Below, one piece after another: positions 28,862 through 38,445 of a stretch of DNA of 64,000 bases. Positions within the stretch are counted from its first letter, which is position 1; every line of letters starts with the position of its first letter. Below the pieces are notes generated by a model, which saw only the letters and a list, made by a program, of their open reading frames with translations, was not told the origin of the DNA and did not search any database. The stretch comes from a virus: IMG/VR virus record IMGVR_UViG_3300045988_107471; one strand, 5' to 3'. The position numbers and the translations under genes are program-made.

Positions 28862-29464
28862 ATGAGACTTACCGTAGAAGAAAACGAATACCTGATAAGT
28901 AAGTTCCTTTTGGTTCTTACTGAGTTCGCAGGGGATGAAAGAGAGATGTTTTTAATCAACTCCATACATGATAAAGCAGTAGCGGATATGAATTATCGTC
29001 TTCCGTCTTTAATAAGCAGAGAACGCAAAAGACGAGTCATTGAGCTTCTTAAAGAAGGGACCAGAATAATCAAAGACTTTTCTGGTTATGCAGGTGATAT
29101 GGGTATGATTAACGAATACGATCGTCTAAAGAAAGAAATAGGTACCGTCCAAGACCAGCTTGGTGACGTAGAAGGTCAACTTCGGGCAGCAGGAGAAGTT
29201 ATTAAAAAAGAACTTGATATGATTGCTGACCGGATCAAAGAAGACCTTCTCGACCGAGAGCTGGCTAAAAGTAATGCCGAGGCTGAAAGAAAAGCCAAAG
29301 TGGATCCGAGATACGAAGTAGCTTTAGGTGATTACAAGGAGATGCTGGAAGTGATTTTTACAACCAGAAACAAGTATTCTACGGTAGATTCTGTACATGA
29401 CGATCTTCGACAGTCGGTATCTACCGGTAGAAATTCGATTATCAAAGAAGGGTACAACAGTTAA
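28862..29464 (+). CDS. hypothetical coiled-coil protein (about 200 aa)
   Basis: ATG MRLTVEEN after the helicase stop; the track ORF 28709.. is an out-of-frame extension into the helicase gene. Confidence 0.55.
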   Translation: MRLTVEENEYLISKFLLVLTEFAGDEREMFLINSIHDKAVADMNYRLPSLISRERKRRVIELLKEGTRIIKDFSGYAGDMGMINEYDRLKKEIGTVQDQLGDVEGQLRAAGEVIKKELDMIADRIKEDLLDRELAKSNAEAERKAKVDPRYEVALGDYKEMLEVIFTTRNKYSTVDSVHDDLRQSVSTGRNSIIKEGYNS

Positions 29465-29479
29465 AAACAAGGAGGAAAT

Positions 29480-29686
29480 ATGGAAAAGAAGGAATTTAAA
29501 GTAGGAGAAGTGTTTGATGCCGGACTTGTGAGATTAAAATGTGTGGAACCTACGGCGCCAAATGCAGGATGTGAAGGATGTATATTCAATTACTTTACAT
29601 GCGGGGCAGTGGATGTGATTGCAGGTCCGTGTAGTCACGCGGAGAGGGAGGATAATAGAGATGTTATTTTCATTAAAGCTGATTAG
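29480..29686 (+). CDS. small Cys-rich protein (68 aa)
   Basis: ATG with SD CAAGGAGGAAAT. Confidence 0.5.
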   Translation: MEKKEFKVGEVFDAGLVRLKCVEPTAPNAGCEGCIFNYFTCGAVDVIAGPCSHAEREDNRDVIFIKAD

Positions 29687-29688
29687 GA

Positions 29689-30402
29689 ATGTACATCAAT
29701 TTCAGACAACTTACAGCATCAGACATGACTCCTAATGATCTCGCTAATCTTCTTGCCATAAGACAGAAGGATGCGGTTATGATCGAAGCCATACCGGAAG
29801 AAGACGCTGGAAGATATATAGAGCTTGGCCTGGTTGAGAAATTAAAATCAGGCGTGATGAGATTAACCAACAAAGGAACGTCTTTTGTGAATTATATAGA
29901 GACACCGGAAATGACGGACGAGGTTCTGGAAACGTTGAAGATTATGATAGGAATGTACGAATCATATTCAAAAGACATAGGTGTCAGCAGAAAAGAAGCG
30001 GAATCCAGATTGTGTTGGTTTATGGGTAATACTTCATTTAAGAAAGAGGTCATACTTCAAGTAACGGAATCTTATATAGCAGAGTCAGGAGATTACACAA
30101 TGAGCTTATGTAACTTCATATGGAAACCGCCTTCTCAGGCTTTTTCAGTCCATATGAACCTTAAAAACTCAAAGCTCTTTGACCTAATAGCTGAAAAATT
30201 TAAGATCGCTACCGAGCCTTATTTGGAGCCTAAGAAGAATAAGGAAATGGATTGGTTGTTTGCCGTATCTAAATTGCCTACGCCGCCGGCTAAAGGCAAT
30301 CCGGATTATTTGTTTACCGGAAGTTCGGAAACAGACAAAGAGAGGTTGAAAAACATAAAAACGTATTTATTTAACAAAATTAGAAAGCAATGGAAAAAGT
30401 AA
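29689..30402 (+). CDS. hypothetical protein (237 aa)
   Basis: ATG ORF; 3' end overlaps the ACP start. Confidence 0.6.
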   Translation: MYINFRQLTASDMTPNDLANLLAIRQKDAVMIEAIPEEDAGRYIELGLVEKLKSGVMRLTNKGTSFVNYIETPEMTDEVLETLKIMIGMYESYSKDIGVSRKEAESRLCWFMGNTSFKKEVILQVTESYIAESGDYTMSLCNFIWKPPSQAFSVHMNLKNSKLFDLIAEKFKIATEPYLEPKKNKEMDWLFAVSKLPTPPAKGNPDYLFTGSSETDKERLKNIKTYLFNKIRKQWKK

Positions 30403-30641
30403 GAATTAGAAAGATAATAGAGGATATAATTATTACTCAGTTTCTTAATTCGGAAATGGATATAGTTCATGAAGAAGATGTGTCGTTTAAAGAACTTGGA
30501 TTAGATTCTATTGATCGAATTGAGCTTGATGCGATGGTGGAACAAAAATTCAATATCGTTATTATTGATTATGATACAGAATCCATCAAAGATATGACTG
30601 ATCTTGTTTACAAAATAATAACAGAAGGATATGGGAAATGA
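30390..30641 (+). CDS. acyl carrier protein (PP-binding; 83 aa)
   Basis: FKELGLDSIDRIELDAMVEQKFNIVI aligns with the AcpP core [20 protein letters not shown] with Ser in DSI/DSL; four-helix length and spacing. Confidence 0.75.
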   Translation: MEKVRIRKIIEDIIITQFLNSEMDIVHEEDVSFKELGLDSIDRIELDAMVEQKFNIVIIDYDTESIKDMTDLVYKIITEGYGK

Positions 30642-31125
30642 TATAATTTTATGCATGGCTTTAATAGCGTCATTTGCTTTTGTTATACAGTTTTTATTGT
30701 CGATATTAGGATCTGATCTGGATACGGATATTGACATTGATAACGCTTCTGATTTAAGCATGTCTTTGTCGGACATCATATCATTCAAAGGCATAACACA
30801 TTTTATTCTTGGATATAGCTGGACTACGTACTTTTCGGGTTCCCATTTAGTAGGGATCGTAATAGGGTCGTTTTTCTTTATCGTTTTGTTTTACGTATAT
30901 AAGTTACTTCTTAAGTTAAAGCAAGAAATGGTGTACGAATGTCCGGAAGATTTAAATGGCAGAGAGGTGGAGATAGTATTTAGATCAGGGAAGAATCATT
31001 ATATGGTAAATATTTCGAAAAATGGAAGACAGGAGCAAATGAGAGTAAGATGTTTGTCTGGAAAAACTTACAAAAACGGTGACAAGGTGAATATAAAATA
31101 CGAAGAAGGAGAACTAAGTATCTAA
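30631..31125 (+). CDS. NfeD-like membrane protein (2 TM + C-terminal OB-fold; 164 aa)
   Basis: N-terminal TM helices; C-terminal GREVEIVF...G...V.IKYEEGELSI beta-barrel pattern; directly upstream of the flotillin gene as in yuaF-yuaG/yqiJ-yqiK. Confidence 0.65.
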   Translation: MGNDIILCMALIASFAFVIQFLLSILGSDLDTDIDIDNASDLSMSLSDIISFKGITHFILGYSWTTYFSGSHLVGIVIGSFFFIVLFYVYKLLLKLKQEMVYECPEDLNGREVEIVFRSGKNHYMVNISKNGRQEQMRVRCLSGKTYKNGDKVNIKYEEGELSI

Positions 31126-31157
31126 TTTTTTTTATCAACAATTAAATTTTAAAAGTT

Positions 31158-32858
31158 ATGACAACAATCATGTACGTGTCAGCTATCTTAGCTGTAGTGA
31201 TTATTTTGACAATCATCGGAGTCTTATCAAGGTATCGTAGATGTAAGCCTAATCAGGTCTTGGTCGTTTATGGTAAGACAGGTGGGGAAAAGAAATCGGC
31301 GAAATTATATCATGGTGGAGCGGCATTTGTCTTGCCTATTATTCAAAGCTATGATGTTTTGTCAATGGAGCCTATGCAAATAGATTGCAAGCTTACCGGT
31401 GCTTTGTCATCTCAGAATATTAGAGTAGATGTTCCTACGACTATTACAGTAGCTATCAGTACAAATCCAGAGATCATGCAAAATGCGGCAGAAAGACTTT
31501 TGGGAATGGATACCGAATCTACTGAAAATCTTATTACGGACATCGTTTACGGTCAGATGCGTTTGATTATTGCTGAAATGACAATCGAAAAACTTAATTC
31601 TGACAGGGATGAGTTTTTGGATAAGGCAAGAAAGAACATTGATAACGAGCTTAACAAGTTAGGTCTTTACCTCCTGAACATCAACATCAGTGACATTAGA
31701 GACGAAGCCGGTTATATTATGAACCTTGGTAAGGAGGCTGAAAGTAGGGCTCTGAACGAAGCACAGGCTAATATCGAAGAACAGGAGAAGCTGGGGGCTA
31801 TTAAGATTGCTGTACAGCAGAAGGAGAAAGAAACGGCTGTGGCTAATACCAAAAAAGAACAAGAGATTCAAATTGCTTGTACTGAAAAAGAAAAGGAAAC
31901 AATAGTAGCTGAAACGAAGAAAGAAAAAGAAATAGCTTTGGCTTTAACCGATAAAGAAAAACAGATTGGTGTAGCTCAAGCAGATAGAGATAGGGCTGCG
32001 GTTATCGCAAAAACTTTAACCGACAAGGAATCGGCGATCGTAAGATCTAAGGCAGAACTTGAAGTAAATAAAGCCGAGGCTGAAAGGATGGAAGAAGTCG
32101 GAAAGAACAAGGCTGAAGCTGACAAGGAAGCAGCTATAGCAATACAAAACTCTGAAGCTCAGATTAAGAAGGCTGAGGCTGAGAAAAATGCGTCTATAGG
32201 ATACAACAATGCCCAGAAGGAGGTTGCTGTGTCAGTATCAGAATTGCAGATTATCAAAGCTCAATCAGAAAAGAAGGCCGGAGAAGAAAAAGTTAAATCG
32301 GAAGCGGCTGTAAAAACAGCAAAAGAGCTTGCAGACAAAGAAGTGGAAGAAGCTAAGGCTAAGAAAGTTCAGGCTGCGCTTAAGGCTGAAAAGATTGTGC
32401 CGGCTGAAACCCAGAAGGAAGAGGCTATCTTGCAAGCTGATGCCGAGGCCGAGAAGATCAAACGCCGGGCTGAGGCTGAGGCATCAGCACATTTGGCAAA
32501 AGCTGAGGCAGAGGCAAAAGCTATTCAGATGAAGCTGGAGGCAGAAGCCGAAGGTAAGAAAAAGTCGTTAATGGCAGAAGCCGACGGATTTAAGGCTATG
32601 GTGGAAGCAGCAGAATCCAATCCTCAGATCGCCATCCAGTACAAGATGGTTAATCAGTGGAAAGAAATTGCTGGAGAACAGGTTAAAGCATTTGAGCACA
32701 TTAATCTCGGAAATATCACGGTATTTGACGGCGGTCAGAACAGTACCGGTAATTTCCTTAACAATGTTGTCAAGACCGTCGCTCCGGCATTGGGAGTCAT
32801 TGATCAGCTTCCGATTGCAGATACTTTAAAGAAATTAAAAGGAGATGACAAAAAATAA
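31158..32858 (+). CDS. flotillin-like SPFH/band-7 protein (566 aa)
   Basis: N-terminal TM, SPFH block (NQVLVVYGK...AAFVLPIIQSYDVLSMEPMQIDC...), long EA/EAK-rich coiled-coil repeats, C-terminal flotillin tail. Confidence 0.8.
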   Translation: MTTIMYVSAILAVVIILTIIGVLSRYRRCKPNQVLVVYGKTGGEKKSAKLYHGGAAFVLPIIQSYDVLSMEPMQIDCKLTGALSSQNIRVDVPTTITVAISTNPEIMQNAAERLLGMDTESTENLITDIVYGQMRLIIAEMTIEKLNSDRDEFLDKARKNIDNELNKLGLYLLNINISDIRDEAGYIMNLGKEAESRALNEAQANIEEQEKLGAIKIAVQQKEKETAVANTKKEQEIQIACTEKEKETIVAETKKEKEIALALTDKEKQIGVAQADRDRAAVIAKTLTDKESAIVRSKAELEVNKAEAERMEEVGKNKAEADKEAAIAIQNSEAQIKKAEAEKNASIGYNNAQKEVAVSVSELQIIKAQSEKKAGEEKVKSEAAVKTAKELADKEVEEAKAKKVQAALKAEKIVPAETQKEEAILQADAEAEKIKRRAEAEASAHLAKAEAEAKAIQMKLEAEAEGKKKSLMAEADGFKAMVEAAESNPQIAIQYKMVNQWKEIAGEQVKAFEHINLGNITVFDGGQNSTGNFLNNVVKTVAPALGVIDQLPIADTLKKLKGDDKK

Positions 32859-32865
32859 ATACAAT

Positions 32866-32887
32866 GGCCCAAGGTTACACTTGGGCC
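32866..32887 (+). terminator. stable hairpin (8-bp GGCCCAAG/CTTGGGCC, 6-nt loop) 8 nt after the flotillin stop
   Basis: Perfect inverted repeat; weak U-tract. Confidence 0.4.
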
Positions 32888-33075
32888 TAATTGAAGAAAT
32901 AAAAGCAGCATTCATAGATTTCCTGCCTGCGGGAACAGTGATTTTAAGTGCTTTACTAATTACGATATTTTTAACATGGATTTTGGACAAGATTTAGAAC
33001 CAGAAGAACTGACCAAGCATTATGATCAGTGTTATGGAATTGATTTTGAAACAGAAGAAGAGGAGGATGAAGAGT

Positions 33076-33381
33076 ATGACCGATGAGGAATTTGCATTAG
33101 ATAATAAGAAAAAGGTTGTTGTAAGAAAAAGAATATCTTATTTAAACAAAGGGGATAAAGTGTGGATCGTGTCTTCCGACGGGTATCTGCTACACACGGA
33201 TGTAGTTAGAGCCGAACGCGGACGGTCTTATGTGGATATAGATGGGATTCTGTATTGGAAGCGAGGATTAGATGGCAAGCATCGTAATCGTAATAACTAC
33301 ATGCAGTTTGCCATGACACCAGAAGACGGTAAGAAGTATGTCGTATATTACCCGGAAGGATTTAAAGACAATGACTTATGA
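33076..33381 (+). CDS. hypothetical protein (about 101 aa)
   Basis: ATG MTDEEFALDNKK with SD GAGGAGGATGAAGAGT; the track ORF starts earlier at 33022. Confidence 0.5.
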   Translation: MTDEEFALDNKKKVVVRKRISYLNKGDKVWIVSSDGYLLHTDVVRAERGRSYVDIDGILYWKRGLDGKHRNRNNYMQFAMTPEDGKKYVVYYPEGFKDNDL

Positions 33382-34397
33382 TGGTCCCGGAAACGCATTT
33401 GCTATATAAGGAGTTTAATGGCGTGAAACGTCTTGCCATATCTTATTCCCAGATAGATACGTTTCTTACTTGTCCAATGAAATGGTATAAGACTTACGTG
33501 GAGGGCAAAAGGTCTACGGAAAAACAAGAAGCTACGTCTTATGGTACGGTTATTCATAAGACACTGGAATACTTCTTCAAGAACGGAAGACAGCCTTCTG
33601 GCAAAGACCTGGGGGAAGCTATAAGTTACTATGCTTACCAAGAAGACATACCTTGGCAATCACCGGAAAATATGATGATAGCCATGAAGCAATCTGGAGA
33701 GCTTCTTGCTTGGATTGTGGATCTGTTCAAAAAAGACGGCAATAGGTTTATGATAGCTGATAGTGATCTTAATCCCTGCGAGAAACTTATCAGACACGGC
33801 GCTATAGTTGGAGTCGAAGAAGATTTTGTGCTGCCGTACCGTCTTCCTAAGCCTGTTAACATAAATGGAGTAATTCATACTCATGTGTACATAGTAGGAT
33901 CGGTAGACCTTCATCTGGCTATAAAAAGCAAGAACGTAGTTCACCATTATGTCATAGATTGGAAATCAGGTAATAAGGTTTTTGATTCTAAGAAGTTGGA
34001 AACGAATTTACAGCATCCTATATATTCGTTTTACATCTATAGAAAATATGGTGGAGTTCTGCCAGATATGAACATCTATTTCTTTACCAGAACCAGGCAG
34101 TACCAAAAGGTTAAAGTAGATGAAGAACGTAAAACAAAATCTATAGAAATGCTAAATGACACTTTATCTAAAATGTATGATTTTGAAGATAATAGTGTAA
34201 AATCATTTCAAGCGTACATCCAGGGAGCAGAAGGAGCCAGGTATAGCAAGCGGCGTGCCACCCTAAGCCAGCCTGTTTCGCAAAACAAGCTACCCTGCCC
34301 GTCAGCACTGTGTTATTATTGTGACTTTGGATTACATAACAAAAACGAATGCCCTTTCTCTTCGAATTGGGATCCGTCTAAAAAGATAAAACGATGA
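33378..34397 (+). CDS. Cas4/RecB-like PD-(D/E)xK exonuclease with Fe-S cluster cysteines (339 aa)
   Basis: N-terminal Cys (CPMKWYK) plus C-terminal C-x5-C-x2-C...C (CPSALCYYC...ECPF); core DLHLAIKSK...VIDWKSG (D..K / D-x-K). Confidence 0.65.
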   Translation: MMVPETHLLYKEFNGVKRLAISYSQIDTFLTCPMKWYKTYVEGKRSTEKQEATSYGTVIHKTLEYFFKNGRQPSGKDLGEAISYYAYQEDIPWQSPENMMIAMKQSGELLAWIVDLFKKDGNRFMIADSDLNPCEKLIRHGAIVGVEEDFVLPYRLPKPVNINGVIHTHVYIVGSVDLHLAIKSKNVVHHYVIDWKSGNKVFDSKKLETNLQHPIYSFYIYRKYGGVLPDMNIYFFTRTRQYQKVKVDEERKTKSIEMLNDTLSKMYDFEDNSVKSFQAYIQGAEGARYSKRRATLSQPVSQNKLPCPSALCYYCDFGLHNKNECPFSSNWDPSKKIKR

Positions 34398-34564
34398 AAT
34401 ACGATGATGTTCAAAAGTTAAGAACAAAATACCGGCAAGATCCGGAAGTTATAAACTTGACATACATGAGAGACGTTGCTGTACGATGCGGGAATTTCAA
34501 GAAAGCGTTTGAGCTTCAGGAGAAGCTGGAGGATATATGGTTCAACTATTTAAAAGGAGTGTAA
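34394..34564 (+). CDS. small protein (56 aa, MKYDDVQKLRTKYRQDPEV...)
   Basis: ATGA overlap with the upstream stop; ends TAATG overlapping the next start; below the ORF-track cutoff. Confidence 0.35.
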   Translation: MKYDDVQKLRTKYRQDPEVINLTYMRDVAVRCGNFKKAFELQEKLEDIWFNYLKGV

Positions 34565-34887
34565 TGAAAGAAGATCTAATATGTGGAGTAGCGATCCTTT
34601 TGTATTTAGTTTTATTATACTTACTCACGACAGCTTTCATAAAAACAGGTAGAGCAGTAGATCGTTATAAGATGAAGAAGAAAACTGACAAAATCAAAGT
34701 AGGTCAAAGATACGAACATAAGAACTACTTTGAGGATCCATTTGAAAGAGGCAAGCATGTGATTAAGATATTAGACATAAAAGAAGAGTACGCTCTATAT
34801 GAGTACGAAAAAAAACTATATATACGTTCTTCTGTGAGTCTTGAAGATATTGCTAAAAGATATGTTTTAATTACTGATATAAAATAA
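34564..34887 (+). CDS. membrane protein (about 107 aa)
   Basis: ATG MKEDLICGVAILLYLVLLYLL preceded by AAAAGGAGTG; TM helix. Confidence 0.5.
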   Translation: MKEDLICGVAILLYLVLLYLLTTAFIKTGRAVDRYKMKKKTDKIKVGQRYEHKNYFEDPFERGKHVIKILDIKEEYALYEYEKKLYIRSSVSLEDIAKRYVLITDIK

Positions 34888-34893
34888 GGGATT

Positions 34894-35280
34894 ATGGAAA
34901 AGAAAGTCACAATCAAAGAAGGGATGGATATTTTTTACAAAAATGCAGGGAAAGGTATATGGGTCTATATTGGACTTTTTGGAAATAAAGTGCTATCCAT
35001 TTTAAAAAACAAAGGTGTTATTGCATGCGAAAACGATGCTGAATATTGCGTGTTGATGGATGGAGAAGATCATTTCATAAGTATAGCAAAAGACATGAGT
35101 CACGACTATTGTTGTGAGTACGTTGTAGAAAGAGCAGAAGCCTACAGAGACTACCCCTCCAAAGGTGCTACATGCAGTGTATGCCTGTTTGAAGATAATG
35201 AGAATAAAGCAAGGGAGATGTTAAAAGAGGCGATAATAGAACTTTCAAAAAATAATATAATAGATTGTGATGGGCTTTGA
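34894..35280 (+). CDS. hypothetical protein (128 aa)
   Basis: ATG ORF. Confidence 0.55.
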   Translation: MEKKVTIKEGMDIFYKNAGKGIWVYIGLFGNKVLSILKNKGVIACENDAEYCVLMDGEDHFISIAKDMSHDYCCEYVVERAEAYRDYPSKGATCSVCLFEDNENKAREMLKEAIIELSKNNIIDCDGL

Positions 35281-36691
35281 ACTTAGACCTTACCAGAAAG
35301 AAGCAGTAGATGCCGGGCTTAAGTTTCTTACAGGAAGATCTAAAAAGCCTGGCATAATAGTAGCCCCATGCGGAGCGGGTAAGAGCCTTCTGATATCCAA
35401 GATAGCACATGAGATAAATAGACCAACGTTAGTATTGCAGCCATCAAAAGAAATTCTGGAGCAGAATTATGCTAAGGCTGTATCGTTTGGCTCCGAACCT
35501 ACTATATACTCTGCCTCATGTGGCGTAAAGGAATTATCGGCTATGACTTATGCTACACTTAAAAGCATAAAGAAAGACGTAGCAAGGTTGAAAGATACAG
35601 GGATAGATACCTTATTGATAGACGAATGTCATTCAGGATATTCTCCTGAAGAAGGTTCTGAATTTATGGAGTTTATGAGCGAGTTTCCCGAGGCGAAGGT
35701 GCTGGGCTTCACCGCCACTCCCTGCCGCCTCAGAGCCTACAGTTCCATGCTGGAAGGAAACTATAGCAAACTTAATATGCTGACAAAAGACGAGCATAAC
35801 TTCTTCAAGAAGTTAGTTCATGTAATACAAATACAAGAGCTAACTTCTCAAGGTTTTTGGTGTCCACTTAAGTACGAACGATGGTCATTTGATGAATCGG
35901 CTCTGATGTTAAACAGTACCGGAGCCGAATATACCAACGAATCTATTAAAGAAAGCATCGTACGAAATGGCTTAAACAACTCTATCTACAAGCGTCTTCT
36001 TCAGCTTATGAACGAGCGTAAAGCCATTTTGGTTTGTATGGATTCTATCGAATCATGTAATAGAATATCAGAGTTTATGAATGCCAAAATGGGAGCCATA
36101 ACAGGTGTCGTAACATCGCTAACAACCAAAAAGAAAAGAGAGCAAATCATATCAGATTTCAAAGAAGGTAAGTTGAAGGTGGTTTTTAATTATTCAACGC
36201 TTGCTACCGGATTTGATTTTCCTGAACTTGATTGTGTGATGTTTGGTCGACCGACTTTCTCATATTCAACGTATTACCAAATATTAGGCCGCGCCGTCCG
36301 CATCCATCCTGACAAGAAAGAGGCGCTGATTATTGATTGCTGCGACAACATGAGGCGTTTCGGTCGGATAGAAGACTTGACAATCGAGCAATTCCCTTCT
36401 AAGGGCTGGTGTATGTTTGCCGGAGATCAACTTCTGTCCAATATAAGGATGGGTGATATTATTACCAAAGACGAGATCCTTCGCCGGGCAGCCTCGCTTA
36501 AATCTGTGAATGGAGATGGTAGGAGAGAAGACGATCTTGACAGTATAATAATGTGGTTTGGAAAATATGAAGGAATTAGATTCAAGGACATACCGGTGTC
36601 GTATTTTAGGTTCTTGGCTGAGAATATGGCAGTAAAACCAGGAGATAGAAAAGAAAAGATTATCGAATATTATAATAGGATAAAGGCATGA
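35267..36691 (+). CDS. SF2 DEAD/DEAH-box (ResIII-type) DNA helicase (474 aa)
   Basis: Walker A APCGAGKSLL, motif II LLIDECH, motif III FTATPCR, helicase-C block FNYSTLATGFDFPELDCVMFGRPT...QILGRAVR. Confidence 0.8.
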   Translation: MMGFELRPYQKEAVDAGLKFLTGRSKKPGIIVAPCGAGKSLLISKIAHEINRPTLVLQPSKEILEQNYAKAVSFGSEPTIYSASCGVKELSAMTYATLKSIKKDVARLKDTGIDTLLIDECHSGYSPEEGSEFMEFMSEFPEAKVLGFTATPCRLRAYSSMLEGNYSKLNMLTKDEHNFFKKLVHVIQIQELTSQGFWCPLKYERWSFDESALMLNSTGAEYTNESIKESIVRNGLNNSIYKRLLQLMNERKAILVCMDSIESCNRISEFMNAKMGAITGVVTSLTTKKKREQIISDFKEGKLKVVFNYSTLATGFDFPELDCVMFGRPTFSYSTYYQILGRAVRIHPDKKEALIIDCCDNMRRFGRIEDLTIEQFPSKGWCMFAGDQLLSNIRMGDIITKDEILRRAASLKSVNGDGRREDDLDSIIMWFGKYEGIRFKDIPVSYFRFLAENMAVKPGDRKEKIIEYYNRIKA

Positions 36692-37044
36692 ACAACAAGA
36701 GAAGAAAAAAAATATCGGATGTTATTAACAATGTAAATAAGTATAAAACGGATTTTGAATACATCAAATCAAAGTTGTCAGAGTTAAAGCACAACATAAA
36801 TTCAGCCAAAGATGATGTTGATATGATTTTAGACGAAGAGACTGAGGCGAGAGATAATATACCTGAATCGTTACAAGACTCAGAAAGATATTGGGAATCA
36901 GATCAGGCTGTAACTTATATGGAGGAGGTGGTTGATGACATGGAAGGTATTATAAATGATTTAGATGATGTGATTTCAACCATAGATGGGAGCATTAAAA
37001 CTATAAATGGTTCTATTAAAGTAAATTTGGAAGGAATAATATAA
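36688..37044 (+). CDS. hypothetical acidic protein (118 aa)
   Basis: ATGA overlap. Confidence 0.55.
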   Translation: MNNKRRKKISDVINNVNKYKTDFEYIKSKLSELKHNINSAKDDVDMILDEETEARDNIPESLQDSERYWESDQAVTYMEEVVDDMEGIINDLDDVISTIDGSIKTINGSIKVNLEGII

Positions 37045-37350
37045 ATGGAAACAAATGAATTAAGGGAAATACTTAAATTGTATGGTCTTCAACATGATGT
37101 TGTTATCAACAAGAGTTCAAGAAGGTATTCTATTATCTTAGATAATAACATAATAGGAACCAATCACGACAAAGAGAGGGTGGTTGTGTTCCGTCCTATA
37201 CCGGAAGGGAAAAACACATTCTGCATGGAGCGAGATAGGTTCTACACGGAGTTTGAAGAAGCTTTTGATGACGATAAAGCCATAGAAGCCGTAAGACAAT
37301 ATTTTGAAAACAATAAAACAGAAAGTCATGAACGAAAACGAAGTATTTAG
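37045..37350 (+). CDS. hypothetical protein (101 aa)
   Basis: ATG ORF. Confidence 0.55.
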   Translation: METNELREILKLYGLQHDVVINKSSRRYSIILDNNIIGTNHDKERVVVFRPIPEGKNTFCMERDRFYTEFEEAFDDDKAIEAVRQYFENNKTESHERKRSI

Positions 37351-37669
37351 ATTAAAGGGCAGAATAGCTATATCCAACCTATCACGTGAGGACAAGGATA
37401 TGATAAATAGCATCCTTGATGGTGTCAACAAAAAGGATGAAGATGAAAAAGGATATGTCTATACCGTGAGAGTAAAACTAAACAACGGAAGTCTTGCACA
37501 TGCTACTTTATTTTTTAAAAGCAATACAGGCCCTACATTTGAAGACTTAAAGAAGGAGCTTGATGACATGGGAATTAAAGATGATGATTATAGCGATAGC
37601 GGCATAATTATCATTAACCGCATTGTTATGAGCGGAGAAGAATTTGATCGCTTTGTAAAAAAAGAGTGA
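37304..37669 (+). CDS. hypothetical protein (121 aa)
   Basis: ATG ORF overlapping the previous by 47 nt. Confidence 0.5.
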   Translation: MKTIKQKVMNENEVFRLKGRIAISNLSREDKDMINSILDGVNKKDEDEKGYVYTVRVKLNNGSLAHATLFFKSNTGPTFEDLKKELDDMGIKDDDYSDSGIIIINRIVMSGEEFDRFVKKE

Positions 37670-37701
37670 TGGACTATATTGATTAAAACAACGATAAAAC
37701 G

Positions 37702-38445
37702 ATGAAAAAAATGGACAATATTATTATCCCGAAGGGGACAAATGTGGTTATTAACAAAGATGTTTATGCTTATAAAACATTAGTAGCCAAAAAAGGGCTT
37801 AAGGTTGTGTGTGAAAAAGATATCAAAAAAGGAGATAAGGAGGCCACGCTGTCGTATGAAGGTCGTATGGAGATCGATATACCAGTTGATTATATACTAA
37901 AGAATGATGATGTCCTTTTCAAAGAAGGAGAATTGCTTTTTGTTAAAAAAGATTATTCTTTTAAAGATGATATTGTTCCTGGGGGAGCTATGGTCGAATT
38001 GGCAAAAGAGGTCTACAATGTAGATGTTATGGCTGTCATATACTACGAAGGGAAACAGTTTAGCATACCCTTGGATTTGTTAGAACCTGTTAGTTCAAAA
38101 AAAGACAATAATAAAAAAGAAGGGGAATCGGTGAAGAATGACATCATTGACGATAAACTACGATGGGATTTGCTTCCGATGGAAGAGATTGAAGACATTG
38201 TAAGAGTCTATCATGCCGGAGCCAAGAAATATGGATCTAATAATTGGCAGAATCTTGACAACGGATTTGAACGGTATCGAGCTGCAATGTTTCGACACCT
38301 GATGGAATACATGAAAGGAGAAAGAGTGGATTCCGATACAGGATGTTTTCATCTTGCACAATGTGCATGGAACTGCATAGCTATGCTGTGGTATGACAAG
38401 CATGGAAAAGGGTTGATACCATTAAATAAGGAGGAAAAGAAATGA
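37702..38445 (+). CDS. MazG-like all-alpha NTP pyrophosphohydrolase (dATP/dGTP diphosphohydrolase-type C-terminal domain) with N-terminal beta domain (247 aa)
   Basis: C-terminal LRWDLLPMEEIEDIVRVYHAGAKKYGSNNWQN...ERYRAAMFRHL resembles the phage MazG-like signature; N-terminal domain homologous to 24705..24938. Confidence 0.55.
   Translation: MKKMDNIIIPKGTNVVINKDVYAYKTLVAKKGLKVVCEKDIKKGDKEATLSYEGRMEIDIPVDYILKNDDVLFKEGELLFVKKDYSFKDDIVPGGAMVELAKEVYNVDVMAVIYYEGKQFSIPLDLLEPVSSKKDNNKKEGESVKNDIIDDKLRWDLLPMEEIEDIVRVYHAGAKKYGSNNWQNLDNGFERYRAAMFRHLMEYMKGERVDSDTGCFHLAQCAWNCIAMLWYDKHGKGLIPLNKEEKK

Noticed and set aside
32329-32532. Alternative-frame ORF (MQTKKWKKLRLRKFRLRL...) inside the flotillin gene
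   Set aside because: Product of the repetitive GAAGC/GCTGA coiled-coil coding sequence read in another frame.
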